Positions 41,153-52,204 of a stretch of 64,000 nucleotides of DNA are shown here, piece by piece. A program made the position numbers and the translations under genes. Source of the DNA: a virus. Under the pieces are notes generated by a model. It had not been told where the DNA came from. It saw only the letters and a program-made list of their open reading frames with translations, and did no database searches. Every line of letters starts with the position of its first letter. Within the stretch, counting starts at the first letter, position 1. The stretch lies in IMG/VR virus record IMGVR_UViG_3300023184_004591, positions 1 through 64,000 of that record. The stretch is one strand, 5' to 3'.

Positions 41153-43579
41153 TTAACATTCTTTTCTCAATTTACCATCATAAAAATCAAATCTATTGTG
41201 ATCAGTTGGTGTTGAAAGTAATACGGAACCTTTTATATTACCCTTTACAGTTTCTTGATAACAATGGGACATAAGAGTTTGTTCGTATGGCATACTAAAT
41301 TTTGTTTTAAGATAACATTTATAGTTACCTTCTCTTGACATAACTATTGGCCAATTACATAAATAAATTTCACCTGTTGCATATGGAATCCCATTGTAAG
41401 ATTTGATGTGTTTAAATTCTAAATTAGGTGAGTTAGGATCTAAACCATGTTCCGGTAATCTTGGGTTATTTATCCAATGAGATTCCCTAAAAGATTGTGG
41501 GACATTATACCAAGACCATTGTTTAGTATGACTACCATAAAATTCTGTAAAGTTTAACTTTAAAAAATCAAAATTTTCATCCTTAACAATTTTTAAACTG
41601 TTATCAAATATGTTTTTAATTTTTCTAATAAAACCATTATTACAAGTAACTTCAGAACCATTATAAAAAAACATATCGTCCTCAAAAAAATAATAATGAC
41701 TTAAATTATTTTGTTCATCAAAATGTTCCGCAATAAATTGTCTACCACCTGTTATACCAATATTATCCTTTTTAATATGTTCAAAACCATATTGATCACA
41801 TAACTCAACATATCTTTGAGTTGTGGATAAATCAGTTGAATTGTTAAGTAAGTATTTTTTAGTTTTAGTTAAAAATGACTGGTCATATTCTAACATAGAT
41901 TCAATAAGAGTTTCAAATTGTTTTGGGGAATTAAACGTAATTACATATAACCCAATATCGCTACCAACACCGTTAATTTTTATTTTAGTTTCAACATCAA
42001 TTGGTTTATCAAATTGAGTTAAATTTTCAAAAAACGGCCAAACTAAACCATTACTTTCAATTTCAAATCTATGAATTAACTCAGGATATTTGTGACATAA
42101 AATAGTGAATAAACATTCGTCGGCACCCATTAAATTATCCTTTAATGTTGATTCCATTATACCATAATATAATGAATTTATATTGTTTATTGTATCTTTA
42201 TGACCACCAAAGAATCCTCCTCTAGCAACGTATTTAACAAAATCAGTATTACAATATTTTGCCATACTTTTTCGTTCAAATCCGTGAATCTCATCATTGT
42301 ATTCATATGGGTATGTTATATGAACATATTCTTTACCTAAAGATAACATATAATTTTCTAAATTATCTAAGACTTTTTCTTTAGTAAAATACCCACTATC
42401 AACTGTATTTGTTAAACCACCATCAATCCAAAAAAAGTATTCAGAATTAAATGGATTAACAATTGAAGAATCATTTAACATAAACATTTTAGTAAACATC
42501 ATTGGGTTATAATATTCTAATGATGCCTGAGGAGATTCTCCTAACCAACCAGCAAAATTTTTCCAACTGTCTGTATTACGTATTTCTTGGATCTTATCAA
42601 AGAAAGGATTCCAAGATTTAAAGTCTTCTAAATTTTTAATAAATATTTTTGTTGGTTTATTCCCTCTTATTTTTAATACCTCTTCCTCTAAATCTTTAGG
42701 TATCCAAATACACATCTGTACATCTGTTTCTAAAAATTCAAAAAATCTATTTTTATAATATTCAAAATCTCTTTTTGCCCAACCATCAAGATTACCTCTA
42801 CCCATATCCCACAAACCAGTTACCATAGTAACATTTTGTTTTTTATTTTGTGATTCATAAACAGATTCTTTGGGGTATAAGAAATGATCCCCTCTTTGTT
42901 TTAAGTCAATATCGTTTATGTAATTACATTGTTCACAAAAATCATCTAATAATTTTTGAGATTCCTCATAGGTATATTTTTCCCACCAATTGTTCTCAAA
43001 TTCAATAATTGGTTTTTGTTTTAAATTTTTTATTGTTTCTGTAAACCCTTTTAACACAAATAAATCTTCAGTTTCCGTATCTATTTTTAAAATGTCAATT
43101 TTTTCTAAATTATACCTATGGTTAATATTATCAAAAAAATTAGTATTGATATTAGAATTTTCATCATAATTAATTTTAGATAAACCTAAATTGTAATTTT
43201 GGGTACCAACACTGTTTTCTATTTCGTATTGAAATGCACTATCATTAATTGTGAAACCTTTTACTCTATCTGACATTGCAATATTCTCAACCGTTATATG
43301 AGGTTGGTTTGAATATTTTTCATCTAAATATTTATATAGTTCAGGATGAACCTCAAATAATATCGCTCTTTTAATATCCAAAGATTTATTTAATTCATCA
43401 AAATAAGTCCCACTATTTGCTCCAACATCAACCACAACTAAATCTTTTTTATCTTTTAGTTTTGATATTAATACACCTGTGGCACTATATATGTGCATTT
43501 TTGAGTGATCATCCCATATTTTAATCTCATTATAATATTTTGTTTTTTCCATATATTTTGTATTTTTATACGTTACCAA
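41153..43579 (-). CDS. Multidomain glycan-modifying enzyme: FkbM methyltransferase + HtrL/YibB-like domain + GT-A-like domain
   Basis: VDVGANSG, FEVHP and KIDTE (FkbM); TMVTGLWDMGR and FWIDGG; FFEDDM. Alternative start at 43552. Confidence 0.7.
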   Translation of the reverse strand: MVTYKNTKYMEKTKYYNEIKIWDDHSKMHIYSATGVLISKLKDKKDLVVVDVGANSGTYFDELNKSLDIKRAILFEVHPELYKYLDEKYSNQPHITVENIAMSDRVKGFTINDSAFQYEIENSVGTQNYNLGLSKINYDENSNINTNFFDNINHRYNLEKIDILKIDTETEDLFVLKGFTETIKNLKQKPIIEFENNWWEKYTYEESQKLLDDFCEQCNYINDIDLKQRGDHFLYPKESVYESQNKKQNVTMVTGLWDMGRGNLDGWAKRDFEYYKNRFFEFLETDVQMCIWIPKDLEEEVLKIRGNKPTKIFIKNLEDFKSWNPFFDKIQEIRNTDSWKNFAGWLGESPQASLEYYNPMMFTKMFMLNDSSIVNPFNSEYFFWIDGGLTNTVDSGYFTKEKVLDNLENYMLSLGKEYVHITYPYEYNDEIHGFERKSMAKYCNTDFVKYVARGGFFGGHKDTINNINSLYYGIMESTLKDNLMGADECLFTILCHKYPELIHRFEIESNGLVWPFFENLTQFDKPIDVETKIKINGVGSDIGLYVITFNSPKQFETLIESMLEYDQSFLTKTKKYLLNNSTDLSTTQRYVELCDQYGFEHIKKDNIGITGGRQFIAEHFDEQNNLSHYYFFEDDMFFYNGSEVTCNNGFIRKIKNIFDNSLKIVKDENFDFLKLNFTEFYGSHTKQWSWYNVPQSFRESHWINNPRLPEHGLDPNSPNLEFKHIKSYNGIPYATGEIYLCNWPIVMSREGNYKCYLKTKFSMPYEQTLMSHCYQETVKGNIKGSVLLSTPTDHNRFDFYDGKLRKEC

Positions 43580-44552
43580 TATTTATATTTTGAATATGGG
43601 AGAACGATGTTACCACATATTCATTATTGTCTTTATTAGTTTTAAACTTTATTCTAGTTGATTTAGGTAAATCAAATGCTGGGTTAGATTTAAATGTATG
43701 TTCATTACAAATGAATGAAATTTTACTTTCATCCACACTAATAATATTTTTTACAAGTTCAGTAACATCCATTATTTTATCTTCAAAAACATCTAACGAT
43801 CTTCCCTCATCTCTTTGTTCTGCAAAATACCCAAATTTCGCATCAATAATTTCTATTTTTAAGTTAGATAAATCAGTACCATCATAAAAGTATTTTGGAA
43901 TAACTGTATAGTACGGATCCCATTCAAAATGAAACATTTCATATGGTTTAATACTTTCTTTAAAATTATTTGCTTCATGTAACCATGCCTCGCATGACCA
44001 TCTTGATCCACCATAATAATCATTAAAAGGGATATTTTTTTGTACGTGTGTTGATTTCGTCCACCAAAAATTACCCCACCACCAATTACCATTATTTGTT
44101 ACACCAACAGTATCGTATTCGTCTAATTGTTTTACACATTTTTCCCAATTATCAATTAAAAAATATTCCAACATTTCAACCCAATTATTAATACCGTCAA
44201 ATTTTAAATTACTAATTTCTTTTGTGTCAAAATTTTTGTATTTATTAAACACTCCTTTAGTGTGGAAATACAAAATTTTATAATCATCTCGTAATCTACT
44301 TAACTCATCAACTTTTCTCAATGCCATTATACCTTCACCCCAATTTATATCTGTATATTCAACAATATATTTAGGGTACTTAATCATAATATCGTCTAAC
44401 TTATCTTTTAAGGTATTTGTTGTGTCCGTAACAAAAAGATATAATTCGTCCGCAGATTCATATAAACCTGAATCATAAACTCTTTTAATTTGATTGGTTA
44501 ATTTTTCTTCCCAATCATTAATCATAAAACAATATGAAATAACCGCTACCAT
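43566..44552 (-). CDS. Putative glycosyltransferase-like protein with a possible C-terminal lectin-like domain
   Basis: LYFHTKG and GNFWW motifs; C-terminal IIDAKFG..DVT..NP; located in the glycosylation cluster. Confidence 0.5.
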   Translation of the reverse strand: MVAVISYCFMINDWEEKLTNQIKRVYDSGLYESADELYLFVTDTTNTLKDKLDDIMIKYPKYIVEYTDINWGEGIMALRKVDELSRLRDDYKILYFHTKGVFNKYKNFDTKEISNLKFDGINNWVEMLEYFLIDNWEKCVKQLDEYDTVGVTNNGNWWWGNFWWTKSTHVQKNIPFNDYYGGSRWSCEAWLHEANNFKESIKPYEMFHFEWDPYYTVIPKYFYDGTDLSNLKIEIIDAKFGYFAEQRDEGRSLDVFEDKIMDVTELVKNIISVDESKISFICNEHTFKSNPAFDLPKSTRIKFKTNKDNNEYVVTSFSHIQNINIGNV

Positions 44553-44555
44553 ATA

Positions 44556-45203
44556 TTACATTTTTTTAAAATAATCCCCAATACTAAATTTGGTATTGGT
44601 ATTTATTGATCCTTTATCGTTAGGTATAAATTTATTTATATCAACTAACCTAAAATCTATTGATACTCTAGTTTTACCACTATTATTTAATTTATTACCG
44701 TGAATTTTATTAGCTCCATCAAAAACTAAAATTTCACCATAATTTACACAATACGGATAATAATCACCTTTATCCTCCTTACTTTCACACCATATCGTAT
44801 TTTGTTCGTTAGTGTCCATAAAGGGTAACCAAAAATTAACTTCAGTTATTGAATGATTATATGTCTTATCTTTGTGCCACTCCCCCACGGCAACATTACC
44901 ATCGGATAATTGTACTCTAAATGTTGGAATACTTTGGTATATGATTTCATCATATTCAAAAGTTTCTTTTAAGTGTTTAATTAATTCCAAATATAGAGGT
45001 TCTACTTTTTCTTTAAACTTAGTATAGTATTTTTTATGCCAAATTGTAGATTGATCATCTTCTCTCTTAAGTAAATCATAATTTTTTATTAAGTGAATGT
45101 CTTCTAAATCAAATTCATTAATATCTAAAATCTCCCTAATTATTTCCTTAAACGGGAATTTGTTCACATCGTATTGTATTTTATATGGGGTTGAGAGGTA
45201 CAT
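44556..45203 (-). CDS. 2OG-Fe(II) oxygenase (StrG/PhyH-like)
   Basis: WHKD (HxD), NFWLP, HGN and TRVSIDFR. Confidence 0.7.
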   Translation of the reverse strand: MYLSTPYKIQYDVNKFPFKEIIREILDINEFDLEDIHLIKNYDLLKREDDQSTIWHKKYYTKFKEKVEPLYLELIKHLKETFEYDEIIYQSIPTFRVQLSDGNVAVGEWHKDKTYNHSITEVNFWLPFMDTNEQNTIWCESKEDKGDYYPYCVNYGEILVFDGANKIHGNKLNNSGKTRVSIDFRLVDINKFIPNDKGSINTNTKFSIGDYFKKM

Positions 45204-45206
45204 ATT

Positions 45207-46532
45207 TTATTTTTTTATGATCACACTAGTTATACTCCAATCGGGTCTGTTTTGATATATCTCAACCGATAAGATATTCTCATTTAAATAAGTGATGTCA
45301 TCTTCAGTTAAATAATCAGATTGTATTTTACCCGTTGATATGAAATTTTTTAACATATCTAATGTTATTGTTTTTGTTGGGTCTCCCCACCCACACCAAT
45401 CCTTTTCAGGCATCAGAGCTTCTAAACTAGTATGTAAGTCCTCAAGTACATATATTCCCCCTGACTTTAATGTTTTAAATAATTTTGACAATGTGATTTG
45501 TTGATCGTACATTCTATGTGAACCATCATCTAATATAACATCAATTTCATTATATTGGTTTGAGAATGATTCCAACATTTCAGGATTTGATTGGTCAATA
45601 TTAATTAACTCAATACGATCTAAATTTTTATCACCTAAGTTTTTTTCACAGAAAGGTAAATTATTATCTAACCCTAAAACTTTTGAATTTTTAAAATAGT
45701 CTCTCCACATTAAAATAGATCCTCCATGATTTACACCGATCTCAACAAATGTTTTAACTTTTTCTTTAATAGGTAAAAATAAATCATCATAAATCAATCT
45801 TAAATAATTGTGTTCATAATGTTTATCGGTATCATAATATTCTACAATATCAGACAATTTTTCACCATCAGGTATTTCTATATTAAAAATATCATAATAA
45901 CATTTATCAATAGTTCTATTTGGTAACATACCGTAAGAAAAGGCATGAAATATAAAATTTTTATTTATTTTATTTTTATACTCATTCCCATTTAATACTT
46001 TATTTGTAATTAATTTAATATTTGATTTAGAATCAACCATAACATCCATTAAATGCCCAAAACAAGTTTGGTCGTGCCATAATCCCGTTTTATAGTATCC
46101 AAGTTCATTATTTGGTCCACCCAATAAATTATCACCTAACTCCCACCATTTATTCATTACTTGTTTTGTCCAATCCGAATTTTTCATCAAGAAAACGCCC
46201 GCATTTAATTTACTAGGTCCGTAATCTTCAGTACATATAATATTGTAATCTGGGTCAATAAAATCTTCTATACTATAAGTAAAATCACATACTATCGCAT
46301 CCGCATCTAAAAAAAGAATGTAGTCAGGGTTATATAATTCAAAAACCTCATTAATAAATTTTGGTTTATACCAAGTTGGGGATCTTCCCTCTAATGCGGT
46401 TTTTATTTTATTATCATCAGATTCTAAATGATAAATGTATCCCTTTTCATCACAATATTTTTTATTTATTTCTTTTGTGAATTTACCATAACTAAGGTTA
46501 GTGGTAAAAAATTGAGCAATAACTATTTTCAT
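45207..46532 (-). CDS. GT34-like glycosyltransferase fused to a class I SAM (sugar O-)methyltransferase
   Basis: WYKP, FLDADA (DxD), LNAGVFL and HDQ, then EIGVNHGGS, ILDDGSH and GGIYVLEDL. Confidence 0.75.
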   Translation of the reverse strand: MKIVIAQFFTTNLSYGKFTKEINKKYCDEKGYIYHLESDDNKIKTALEGRSPTWYKPKFINEVFELYNPDYILFLDADAIVCDFTYSIEDFIDPDYNIICTEDYGPSKLNAGVFLMKNSDWTKQVMNKWWELGDNLLGGPNNELGYYKTGLWHDQTCFGHLMDVMVDSKSNIKLITNKVLNGNEYKNKINKNFIFHAFSYGMLPNRTIDKCYYDIFNIEIPDGEKLSDIVEYYDTDKHYEHNYLRLIYDDLFLPIKEKVKTFVEIGVNHGGSILMWRDYFKNSKVLGLDNNLPFCEKNLGDKNLDRIELINIDQSNPEMLESFSNQYNEIDVILDDGSHRMYDQQITLSKLFKTLKSGGIYVLEDLHTSLEALMPEKDWCGWGDPTKTITLDMLKNFISTGKIQSDYLTEDDITYLNENILSVEIYQNRPDWSITSVIIKK

Positions 46533-46533
46533 A

Positions 46534-47781
46534 TTATAAATTACCTGTTAATCTATCACACCACCCTTTTGATATTGAGTGAGGCCATACAACCCAATAG
46601 GTTGGTTTATCTGTAGCATTAAATTCTCTCCATACTTTACAATAACCATCAGGATCATTTTTCATCCTATTAATTTCATTAATATCGGCATCTAATCTAT
46701 ATAACGTTTCATCTTTTGAATTATGGAAGGCAACAACCCAAAAATCATAATCGGGTTCAGGTACACTACCATAATGAACATCAATACAATGTTTAAATAT
46801 TGAAGAAAAGGAATCTTTCCATTCTTCTTCTGAACTATATGTATAAGGATTTGGTGGGTATTGTTTATCTAATGTGTATTGTTGTACCGCTCTTTTTGAG
46901 AATAATACACCAGAATATTTTTCATAGTCTTGTACTGTTCTTTCAGTACCTAATCCATAGATACCAAAGTCACTATCAGGAGTTTCACCATCAACACCTA
47001 ATAATTGTCTATTTTTTTGGTGACATCTTTCGTTTCGTTTTCCCCAATCTTTATCATCATCCCATTGTTTTGTTCTACCCTTACGAGTATATTCGTGCCA
47101 AATGACCGTTTTATGTGGGTGGAATAGATCATATCCGTGAGTATATGCTCTTACTGCAATTGAGATTTCTTCTCCATGAAAATAAAACTCAGGATCATGT
47201 TGTACCTCAGTTGAAAATTGACCTAAAGTAAAACAAAAGTGTGCCGAATAAAATCTTGAGGGAATTGGTTCTTTTAATTTATCCCAACCTGGTATTGTTT
47301 CAGGTAAAAAGAAAACACAACCTTCAGGTGTAAATCTATCGAAAGACATTCTCCACGGCTCCTTAACTCTACCTTGTGGGTCATTATCGGGATCAAAAGA
47401 AGAAACATATCCTGTTAATAAAGGTTTTTTGTATCCTTTCTTTTGTAACTGTTTAATCATTTTAATTAAAGTGTCATCCCAATCCTTTTCAAACCTCATA
47501 TGTGAGTCAATCTGTAAAGTATATTCTTCACCTTCATATACTTGTTGAGTTAAATGTCTTGCCCAACAAACACCTGTCGATTCCGTATATGGAATATTTA
47601 AGATTCTGAATCTATCATCATTTTCATATTCTGACAGATCATCAAAACCATCTTCAGGGTGGAATTGTCTTGCAATACCAAGTCTAATGTTTTTTGGTTT
47701 TTTTGCCTTTTCCAACATATCTTTAATTGTTGGTATTAATTGTGGGTCCCTATAGGACGCAATTTGTACAAATATTCTCAT
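46534..47781 (-). CDS. GT60-family polypeptide alpha-GlcNAc transferase (Gnt1/TcOGNT-like)
   Basis: IFVQIASYRDP, GVCWAR, LQIDSHMRF..WD, FHGEEI..RAYTHGYDLFHP, WHEY and GLGTERT. Confidence 0.85.
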   Translation of the reverse strand: MRIFVQIASYRDPQLIPTIKDMLEKAKKPKNIRLGIARQFHPEDGFDDLSEYENDDRFRILNIPYTESTGVCWARHLTQQVYEGEEYTLQIDSHMRFEKDWDDTLIKMIKQLQKKGYKKPLLTGYVSSFDPDNDPQGRVKEPWRMSFDRFTPEGCVFFLPETIPGWDKLKEPIPSRFYSAHFCFTLGQFSTEVQHDPEFYFHGEEISIAVRAYTHGYDLFHPHKTVIWHEYTRKGRTKQWDDDKDWGKRNERCHQKNRQLLGVDGETPDSDFGIYGLGTERTVQDYEKYSGVLFSKRAVQQYTLDKQYPPNPYTYSSEEEWKDSFSSIFKHCIDVHYGSVPEPDYDFWVVAFHNSKDETLYRLDADINEINRMKNDPDGYCKVWREFNATDKPTYWVVWPHSISKGWCDRLTGNL

Positions 47782-47840
47782 ATTTCTTTTTTAAGAAAAA
47801 AATACTGTAAAAAAAAATAAAGAAAACACTTAATTAGTTA

Positions 47841-50800
47841 TCATTTACAAGGGAAAGATACATTACATGATGCACAATTGTTTGTTCCCGACCAATCTAT
47901 CCCAGCACCAACTGCAGTTCCTGTTGATGTTGATATTGTTGTCCAACATTGACTACCTTGAGTAACAATTTGACCCGCAATGGTTCCTACTGGTAAAATA
48001 ATTATTCTGTCGGCAAGAACTCCACAACAGTGTGCAACTAACCATTTAACACCACCTGTTGTTGTTGGTGTAATTGTAGGTGTTGGAGTTGGCGTTGCAG
48101 TTTTCGTAGGTGTTGGTGTCGGTGTTGGACATGGGTTTGTAGTCAGACAAGTAGCACAACTACTTCCGTATGATACATTATTCCAAGTTAATGTTGCAGG
48201 TCCTGCAATTGTACCAGAAATTTGATAACAGTTATTATTAATGTCAGTAACTACGTCACCGATCGCAAATGATGACGGTAAACTAATAATACCATCAGGG
48301 TCCGCATTACAACAAGGTTTCACAAAGAAGAATGAGTAGGATGTGGTTGGTGTTAGAGTTAATGTTGGTGTTAATGTTGGTGTTGAAGTTCTCGTTGGTG
48401 TTGGTGTTAATGTTTTAGTTAGTGTTGGTGTTGGTGTTGGACATGCAGGGCAGAAAGTACATCCTAAACCATCGATATCATTTCCATATACAGAACCATT
48501 CCATGTTACTGTTGCAGGTCCTATAACAGTTGATGAAACCACATAACAGTTACCGTTTGTTGCTCCAACAACATATAAAATGTCAAGATTCACATATATT
48601 GCAGGTAAGTAAAGAACCGCAGTGGATCCATCACAACATGATGTTCCTAATCCCCAAGTGTATTCTGTGGTTACCGTTGGTGTATTAGTCGGTGTTGGTG
48701 TTAACGTAGGTGTTGAAGTTCTTGTTGGTGTTAATGTTGGAGTTAACGTAGGGGTTAACGTAGGTGTAGAAGTTCTTGTTGGTGTTAATGTAGGTGTTAA
48801 CGTTGGAGTTGAAGTTCTTGTTGGTGTTAATGTTGGGGTTAACGTAGGTGTAGAAGTTCTTGTTGGTGTTAATGTTGGTGTATTAGTCAATGTCTGAGTC
48901 AGCGTTGGTGTTAACGTTGGTGTTAATGTAGGGGTGTTAGTTAAAGTCTGAGTTAATGTAGGTGTTAATGTTGGGGTTGAAGTTCTTGTAGGGGTTAACG
49001 TAGGGGTATTAGTCAATGTCTGAGTTAATGTAGGTGTTAATGTTGGGGTTGAAGTTCTTGTAGGGGTTAACGTAGGGGTATTAGTCAACGTTGGAGTTAA
49101 TGTTGGAGTTAACGTAGGTGTATTAGTCAAGGTCTGAGTTAAAGTTTGGGTCAATGTTGGGGTATTAGTCAACGTTGGAGTCAATGTAGGGGTTGAGGTT
49201 CTTGTTGGGGTTAATGTTGGCGTTAACGTAGGGGTGTTAGTTAACGTTTGAGTTAATGTAGGTGTTAATGTTGGTGTACTAGTTAATGTCTGAGTCAACG
49301 TTTGAGTTAACGTAGGTGTATTAGTTAAAGTTTGAGTTAACGTAGGGGTTAACGTAGGTGTGTTGGTTAAAGTTTGGGTCAACGTTGGTGTTAACGTAGG
49401 TGTTGAAGTTCTTGTTGGTGTTAATGTTGGAGTTAATGTTGGTGTATTAGTCAATGTCTGAGTTAATGTTGGTGTTAATGTAGGGGTATTAGTTAATGTC
49501 TGAGTTAACGTTGGTGTCAATGTAGGTGTTGATGTTAACGTTGGTGTCAATGTAGGTGTTGATGTTAATGTTTGAGTCAGGGTTTGAGTAGGTGTTGGCG
49601 TTGGTGTCAATCCTATTGTTGAGGTTAAAGTTTGTGTTAATGTAGGTGTAGGTGTTGAGGTTAAAGTTTGAGTTAATGTAGGTGTATTGGTTAGAGTTGG
49701 TGTTAACGATCTTGTTAATGTTGGGGTATTAGTTAATGTCTGACTTAAAGTCTGAGTCAATGTTGGAGTATTAGTTAAAGTTTGAGTCAATGTTGGAGTT
49801 AACGTTGGTGTGTTAGTTAAAGTTTGAGTCAATGTCTGAGTCAATGTAGGGGTATTGGTTAATGTCTGAGTTAACGTTGGTGTTAATGTAGGAGTATTAG
49901 TTAATGTTTGAGTCAACGTTTGAGTCAATGTAGGGGTTGAAGTTCTTGTTGGTGTTAACGTTGGTGTTAACGTAGGGGTGTTAGTTAACGTTTGAGTTAA
50001 TGTTGGAGTTAACGTCGGGGTATTAGTTAATGTCTGAGTTAATGTTTGAGTCAATGTAGGGGTGTTAGTCAATGTTGGAGTTAACGATCCTGTTAACGTA
50101 GGGGTGTTAGTTAACGTTTGAGTTAGAGTTTGTGTTAATGTAGGGGTGTTAGTTAAAGTTTGAGTCAATGTAGGAGTATTAGTCAACGTAGGCGTTAACG
50201 ATCTTGTTAATGTTGGAGTATTAGTTAAAGTTTGTGTTAATGTAGGTGTTAATGTTGGTGTGTTAGTTAACGTTTGAGTCAACGTTGGCGTGTTAGTTAA
50301 TGTTTGGGTTAATGTAGGGGTTAATGTGGGGGTTGAAGTTAACGTTTGAGTTACCGTTTGAGTTAACGTTGGGGTATTAGTAGGTGTCTCCGTAGGTGTT
50401 GGTGTTGGAGTATTTGTAGTATTTGATGTTCTTGTTAACGTTGGTGTGTTAGTAAGAGTAGGCGTAGGGGTTGAAGTCAACGTTTGTGTTAACGTAGGAG
50501 TTAAGGTTGGGGTTGAAGTTAACGTTTGTGTTAACGTAGGAGTTAGAGTTGGAGTTGAAGTTAACGTAGGTGTTAATGTTGGAGTTAATGTAGGGGTGTT
50601 AGTCAATGTCTGAGTCAACGTTGGGGTTGAAGTTCTTGTTGGAGTTAATGATCCTGTTAACGTAGGAGTGTTAGTTAAAGTTTGGGTTAATGTAGGTGTT
50701 AGAGTTGGGGTACTGGTTAAAGTTTGAGTTAATGTTGGGGTATTAGTTGAAGTTAACGTAGGGGTATTAGTTAATGTCTGAGTTAAAGTTTGAGTCAATG

Positions 50801-52127
50801 TTGGAGTTAATGTTGGGGTATTAGTCAATGTTTGGGTTAATGTAGGTGTTAGAGTTGGGGTTGAAGTTAACGTAGGTGTTAACGTAGGGGTTAGAGTAGG
50901 TGTTGAAGTTCTTGTTGGTGTTAACGTAGGGGTTAATGTAGGGGTGTTAGTTAAAGTTTGAGTCAACGTTGGTGTTAACGTAGGTGTTAACGTCGGAGTA
51001 TTAGTTAATGTCTGAGTCAATGTCTGAGTCAACGTTGGGGTTAACGTAGGGGTATTAGTTAATGTTTGGGTTAACGTAGGGGTTACCGTTCTTGTTAAAG
51101 TAGGGGTATTAGTTAAGGTAGGAGTTACAGTTCTTGTTAACGTAGGGGTATTGGTAGGAGTTGAAGTTCTTGTTGGTGTTACAGTTTGAGTTAACGTAGG
51201 GGTGTTAGTTAATGTTTGGGTTAATGTCGGAGTTAACGTAGGAGTATTTGTTAACGTCGGAGTATTAGTCAATGTCTGAGTTAACGTTTGTGTTAACGTT
51301 GGGGTATTAGTAGGGGTATTGGTAGGCGTTGATGTTAAAGTTTGAGTTAATGTTTGAGTTAACGTAGGTGTATTAGTTGGGGTTGACGTAGGAGTTAACG
51401 TTGGTGTATTGGTAGGTGTTGATGTTAATGTTTGAGTTACCGTTTGAGTTAATGTAGGGGTGTTAGTTAAAGTTTGAGTTAATGTCGGAGTTAACGTAGG
51501 AGTATTTGTTAAAGTTTGTGTTAACGTTGGTGTATTGGTAGGTGTTGATGTTAAAGTTTGAGTTAATGTCTGAGTTAATGTTGGAGTTAAAGTAGGGGTA
51601 TTAGTTAGAGTACTAATAGGTGTTGACGTTAATGTTGGTGTTAATGTTGGTATTGGTAAAATACAAGTATTCCCAATACATGGTGATCCATAATTTAAAG
51701 TAACATTATCTAAATTAATTACATTACTACCACAATAATATACCGTAGAGTATCCAGGAACAAAAACATTCCCAATTACATTTCCAAAACAATCAGTGTA
51801 TGTGAATGATCCCCCACCATCATTATTACAAGAAACCGCAAGACAACAACAAGTACAAGGACCTGTTGCGGTTGGGGTTAATGTTGGCGTATGGGTTGGT
51901 GTATTAGTTGGAACACATTGGTGATATTGGAATGTTTCACAATTTTGTGAATCAACTATTTTTACTAAAATTGGTGTTGTCTCATCTAATGGGGATGGAG
52001 AATAAAACGTTGTTGTTCCACCACCAAATGTCGTCGCATAATAACAATACGTATTTGTTACATCACACACATAAATATTATATGGAGGCGTTCCTGTTGA
52101 TACGGATAATGTTATTTGATACGGCAT
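47841..52127 (-). CDS. Mucin-like putative virion protein with about 1000 aa of (Thr-X)n repeats flanked by Cys-rich domains
   Basis: [10 protein letters not shown]-type repeats; three C-terminal CC..C..CxxC..C domains; TATTTAT upstream. Confidence 0.8.
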   Translation of the reverse strand: MPYQITLSVSTGTPPYNIYVCDVTNTYCYYATTFGGGTTTFYSPSPLDETTPILVKIVDSQNCETFQYHQCVPTNTPTHTPTLTPTATGPCTCCCLAVSCNNDGGGSFTYTDCFGNVIGNVFVPGYSTVYYCGSNVINLDNVTLNYGSPCIGNTCILPIPTLTPTLTSTPISTLTNTPTLTPTLTQTLTQTLTSTPTNTPTLTQTLTNTPTLTPTLTQTLTNTPTLTQTVTQTLTSTPTNTPTLTPTSTPTNTPTLTQTLTQTLTSTPTNTPTNTPTLTQTLTQTLTNTPTLTNTPTLTPTLTQTLTNTPTLTQTVTPTRTSTPTNTPTLTRTVTPTLTNTPTLTRTVTPTLTQTLTNTPTLTPTLTQTLTQTLTNTPTLTPTLTPTLTQTLTNTPTLTPTLTPTRTSTPTLTPTLTPTLTSTPTLTPTLTQTLTNTPTLTPTLTQTLTQTLTNTPTLTSTNTPTLTQTLTSTPTLTPTLTQTLTNTPTLTGSLTPTRTSTPTLTQTLTNTPTLTPTLTPTLTSTPTLTPTLTQTLTSTPTLTPTLTQTLTSTPTPTLTNTPTLTRTSNTTNTPTPTPTETPTNTPTLTQTVTQTLTSTPTLTPTLTQTLTNTPTLTQTLTNTPTLTPTLTQTLTNTPTLTRSLTPTLTNTPTLTQTLTNTPTLTQTLTQTLTNTPTLTGSLTPTLTNTPTLTQTLTQTLTNTPTLTPTLTQTLTNTPTLTPTLTPTRTSTPTLTQTLTQTLTNTPTLTPTLTQTLTNTPTLTQTLTQTLTNTPTLTPTLTQTLTNTPTLTQTLSQTLTNTPTLTRSLTPTLTNTPTLTQTLTSTPTPTLTQTLTSTIGLTPTPTPTQTLTQTLTSTPTLTPTLTSTPTLTPTLTQTLTNTPTLTPTLTQTLTNTPTLTPTLTPTRTSTPTLTPTLTQTLTNTPTLTPTLTQTLTNTPTLTQTLTQTLTSTPTLTPTLTQTLTNTPTLTPTLTPTRTSTPTLTPTLTNTPTLTQTLTQTLTNTPTLTPTLTPTLTNTPTLTPTRTSTPTLTPTLTQTLTNTPTLTPTRTSTPTLTPTLTQTLTNTPTLTPTLTPTLTQTLTNTPTLTPTRTSTPTLTPTLTPTRTSTPTLTPTLTPTRTSTPTLTPTLTPTLTPTRTSTPTLTPTPTNTPTVTTEYTWGLGTSCCDGSTAVLYLPAIYVNLDILYVVGATNGNCYVVSSTVIGPATVTWNGSVYGNDIDGLGCTFCPACPTPTPTLTKTLTPTPTRTSTPTLTPTLTLTPTTSYSFFFVKPCCNADPDGIISLPSSFAIGDVVTDINNNCYQISGTIAGPATLTWNNVSYGSSCATCLTTNPCPTPTPTPTKTATPTPTPTITPTTTGGVKWLVAHCCGVLADRIIILPVGTIAGQIVTQGSQCWTTISTSTGTAVGAGIDWSGTNNCASCNVSFPCK
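48670..51655 (-). repeat. Degenerate coding tandem repeat encoding [16 protein letters not shown]
   Basis: Recurrent gttaacgtaggtgt and gttaatgttggagt units with variable third codon positions. Confidence 0.9.
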
Positions 52128-52204
52128 TTGATAATAAATATCAACACCTATATAAATCCAAAATCTTATTATAAATTATAATTGGTGCCAATCATTTAGG
52201 GGGA

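Noticed and set aside
1-47781. Eukaryotic giant virus (NCLDV) origin, suggested by the RNR type, SNF2 helicase, GT60 and HNH family
   Set aside because: Tail sheath, tube, neck, gp32/gp41/UvsX-like genes, bacterial promoters and terminators indicate a tailed bacteriophage.
47980-48897. Plus-strand Val/Gly-rich ORFs (VGVNVGV...), plus 60918..61106 and the Asn-rich 61032..61292
   Set aside because: They are antisense or alternate-frame shadows of the Thr/Pro repeats, with no independent evidence of coding.
48670-51655. Repeat array considered as a CRISPR array or a DGR-type repeat
   Set aside because: There is no constant repeat with unique spacers, variation is at third codon positions of one long ORF, and no cas or reverse transcriptase gene is in the window.
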